NCBI RefSeq assembly: GCF_000372725.1 | Contig: NW_005201231.1 | Location: forward strand, 1-64,000 | DNA from: Emiliania huxleyi CCMP1516 | Taxonomy: Eukaryota | DNA length: 64,000 nt | Direction of reading: 5' to 3' | In this document: in pieces, positions 61,226 to 64,000 of the stretch | Position numbering within the stretch: position 1 is the first letter of the stretch | How the letters are laid out: each line of letters opens with the position of its first letter | Translations under genes and position numbers: made by a program | The notes under the pieces: generated by a model | The model's database searches: none | Told to the model about the DNA's origin: nothing | What the model saw: the letters and a program-made list of their open reading frames with translations, nothing else

Positions 61226-64000
61226 TTACCAACCGCCTCGCCCCACGCCCCGCCCGCCCCTCCCGCCCCGCCCACCGAGACCGCCGCGTCCGCGCCTACC
61301 GACTGCCGGCACAGCGCCGCCGGCCGGCGGGAGGTTCGGCACCGCGCGAGGAGACTGGTAGACAAAGGTCGTCTGCGCCGCCACGCCTGCTCCAGTGTCG
61401 ACGATCGGCAGCGCCGGACGGCGGCAGGCCGGGCAGTTGGTGTCGCGCTCCAGCACGCGCGGCGCACATGCCTCGCAGTACAGCGCGTGGCCGCACGCGA
61501 AGCGAACCGAGCGAGGCGCGTCGTAGCAGAGGTCGCACTGGCGCTCCTCGGCCCCAGCCGTCTCCTCCACCGCCCCCGCCGCCTCGACCAGCGCCTCCAG
61601 CCGCGGCAGCGCCTCCGCGAGCGGCATCCGCTTCTTCTTCCGAACGAACGCCAGCCCGACCACGAGCCGCGCCAGCTCCTCGGCCTGCGCCGCCGACCAG
61701 CCCGCGTCGGCCGCCGCGATGCTCTCCGCCGTGTCGGGCTCCTCCAGCGCATCGTCGCACGCGCTGAGCAAGCCAAGAGCGCCGCGGCCGGTCAGGCTGA
61801 CGAGCAGCGTGATGCCGAGCGCAAAGCCATCAGTGAGCTGCGAAGCCTGGTTGTCCAGCGAGATGATCGAGTCCATGTACCCAGGCTTGCCAAAGATGCG
61901 CTGCGTCGATAGGTGCGAGACCTGTCCATTGCCGCCGGCCGTCGCCTCTGCCGCGCGCGCGAGGCCCACGTCGGCGAGGTAGCCGTTGCCGCGCTCGTCG
62001 AGCAAGATGTTGCCCGCCGAGACGTCGCGGTGCAGGATCATGGGAGAGAGCGTGTGCAAGTAGTGCAGCGCGCTCGCGGCGTCGCGCAGCACGCGGAGCC
62101 GTGCGGCGGAGGAGAGCGGCGGAGGCGGCGTCTCGAAGCCGAGCATGCGGAGCCGCTGCAGCGCGGCTGGAGCGCGATAGAGGCGGTCCTCGAGGCTGCC
62201 GCCGCGGCAGAGGGGGTAGACGAGGCACGCTCTCGCCGGTGCCAGGCAGACGCCGAGGAGAGGAAGCAGGGACGGGTGGCACGCCGCGTTGAGCGTACGC
62301 ACCTCGCTCTGCAGCTCGGCGAGGCCTTGGGCGCCGACACCGACCAGCGCCGTCTTGACCGCGAACCCGCAAGCGACGCGCGGGAGCGACGGCAACGCGT
62401 CGGCGCGGTAGACGCGCCCAAAGCCTCCCTCGCCCACCTTGCGCGCCTCGGCAAAGCCGTCGGTCGCCGCGATGAGCTCGTCGAGAGGGACGGCGGCGGG
62501 CGGCGCGGCGGCGGCGGCGAGGGCAGCGACGCTCGCCGCCGCCTCCACTGCCGCTGCCGCCGCCGCTGCCTCCGCTGCCGCCTCCGCTGCCGCCGCCTCT
62601 TGAGCCTCCGCCGCCGCCACGGCCGCCACTGCCGCCTCTACAGCCGCCGCCTCCGCCGCCGCCTCCGCCGCTGCCTCCGCCCTCATCCTCGCCTCCTCCC
62701 TCTCCCTTGCAGCCTCCTCCCTTGCACTCGCCTCTGCCTCCTCCCTTGCGCGCGATGCCGCTTCCGCCTCCTCCGTCGCCCGCGCCGCCGCAGCCTCTGT
62801 TACCACCCGATCTGCTTCCTCCGCCTCCTCCGCCGCCCGCGCCGCCGCATCCGCCTCCTCCGCCGCCCTCGCTGCCTCCGCCGCCTGCCTCGCCGCCGCC
62901 TTCTCCTCCTTCTGTCGCTGCCGCTTCAGCGCCCTGGCCTCGCGGGTCCTGCGCTCCGCCAGATCGTCGCGCAGCCGCTGCGCCGCCCGCAGCGCCTCCG
63001 AGCCGTCGGCGGCGTCGGTGTTCGCGTTGATCGCCGCCCTGAGCGCCTCGAGATCGGCGTCGCCTCGCTCGCACGCCTCAACCGCCTCGCGCAGCGCCGC
63101 CTCGGCAGCATCGCGCGCCTCCGCCGCCTCCGCAGCCGCTGCCGCCTCGCGTGCGGCCGCCGCGGCCTGTTCGGCTGATTCTGCCACCGCCGTCTCCCTC
63201 TCAGCCTCTGCTTCGGTCGACGAGTGCTCCTCGAAGGCGCGCACGCTCTCGGCGTGGCCGTCCTCCTTGGCCAGCTGAAGCGCCGTCTTGCCGTCAACAG
63301 TGCGCGCCGCGTCTGCGCCCGCCCGCAGCAAGCGCCGCACGACGGCGGAGTGGTTGAGGAGGGCGGCGTACATCAGCGCGGTGAGGCCCTTGCTGTCCTG
63401 CAAGTCGACCTCCGCGCCGTGCCGTGTCAGCAAGTCGACCACCCGCTCGTGGCCTTGGCCGGCGGCGAACATCAGCGCGGTGCTGCCGTTGCTGTTCAGC
63501 AGGTTGACCTCAGCGCCGCGCCGTATCAGCATATCGACCACCTGCTCGTAGCCGTAGCCGGTGGCTAGCGTCAGCGCGGTGTCGCCGTCGCTGCTCTGCA
63601 GGTTGATCCCCGCGCCGTGCCGAAGCAGCAAGTCGACCACCCGCTCGTGGCCCATGTTGGCGGCGCACATCAGCAGCGTGATGCCGCTAGTCTCGCCTCT
63701 CTCGTATGTCGCGTCGGCCCGCCCGCCGCTGTCAAGCCACTCCAGCACCACCTCCTCCTCGCCTCGCTCCGCCGCTGCGATGACCGCATCGGGGGCTGCC
63801 ACGCCACCGCTCGGCGCCCGCCCCGCCGCCACCGCTGGAGATAGCGTCTTCGCGACTCTCGATCCAGCCGAGGAAGCGCCGCCGGAGGAAGCACCGCCTG
63901 CGCCTTCGCCGCCGGCTGCCGTCGCCGTGGGCCGTCCCGCCACGACCCTCTCCTTGACGTGCTGCCTGAAGGCCTCGACGCACTCGGCGTGGCCCTCCTC
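61226..64000 (-). CDS. Ankyrin repeats, coiled coil, IRAK/Pelle-like kinase and C-terminal RING; 5' end outside the window
   Basis: G.TAL..AA..GH..VV.LL repeats; ELIAATDGFAEARKVGEGGFGRVY, FAVK, LHRDVSAGNILLD, LADVGLAR; CDLCYDAPRSVRFACGHALYCEAC...CPACR. Confidence 0.9.
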   Translation of the reverse strand, partial: EEGHAECVEAFRQHVKERVVAGRPTATAAGGEGAGGASSGGASSAGSRVAKTLSPAVAAGRAPSGGVAAPDAVIAAAERGEEEVVLEWLDSGGRADATYERGETSGITLLMCAANMGHERVVDLLLRHGAGINLQSSDGDTALTLATGYGYEQVVDMLIRRGAEVNLLNSNGSTALMFAAGQGHERVVDLLTRHGAEVDLQDSKGLTALMYAALLNHSAVVRRLLRAGADAARTVDGKTALQLAKEDGHAESVRAFEEHSSTEAEAERETAVAESAEQAAAAAREAAAAAEAAEARDAAEAALREAVEACERGDADLEALRAAINANTDAADGSEALRAAQRLRDDLAERRTREARALKRQRQKEEKAAARQAAEAARAAEEADAAARAAEEAEEADRVVTEAAAARATEEAEAASRAREEAEASAREEAAREREEARMRAEAAAEAAAEAAAVEAAVAAVAAAEAQEAAAAEAAAEAAAAAAAVEAAASVAALAAAAAPPAAVPLDELIAATDGFAEARKVGEGGFGRVYRADALPSLPRVACGFAVKTALVGVGAQGLAELQSEVRTLNAACHPSLLPLLGVCLAPARACLVYPLCRGGSLEDRLYRAPAALQRLRMLGFETPPPPLSSAARLRVLRDAASALHYLHTLSPMILHRDVSAGNILLDERGNGYLADVGLARAAEATAGGNGQVSHLSTQRIFGKPGYMDSIISLDNQASQLTDGFALGITLLVSLTGRGALGLLSACDDALEEPDTAESIAAADAGWSAAQAEELARLVVGLAFVRKKKRMPLAEALPRLEALVEAAGAVEETAGAEERQCDLCYDAPRSVRFACGHALYCEACAPRVLERDTNCPACRRPALPIVDTGAGVAAQTTFVYQSPRAVPNLPPAGGAVPAVGRRGRGGLGGRGGRGGRGVGRGGW

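Overview
Eukaryotic, very GC-rich genomic DNA with many GC-AG (and at least one GA-AG) introns filled with 10-11 bp minisatellites. This style resembles a haptophyte such as Emiliania/Gephyrocapsa huxleyi (inference; not verified). Recognisable genes: a Prp5/DDX46 DEAD-box helicase apparently spliced to an N-terminal UHM domain, a giant Cys-repeat multi-pass membrane receptor with a cytoplasmic TIR domain followed by a broken paralog, a NodZ/GT23-like fucosyltransferase, a truncated eIF2-alpha-like protein, a GNAT, an F-box/RCC1 protein, a kinesin-14, an LRR protein ending in KDEL, an actin-fragmin-kinase-like protein, an HlyIII/PAQR protein, serine acetyltransferase, a small Cys-rich secreted protein, a BOR1/SLC4 transporter and an ankyrin-IRAK/Pelle kinase-RING protein. 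Intergenic DNA holds non-LTR retrotransposon remnants and MITE-like repeats; there is one 100-N assembly gap. The most striking non-coding pattern is a modular intron system. Two ~150-170 nt sequence cassettes recur in introns of four unrelated genes, always in the sense orientation. Several introns also begin with a copy of the start of the following exon, which suggests ongoing insertion-driven intron creation. Exon boundaries were read by eye and are approximate where stated.
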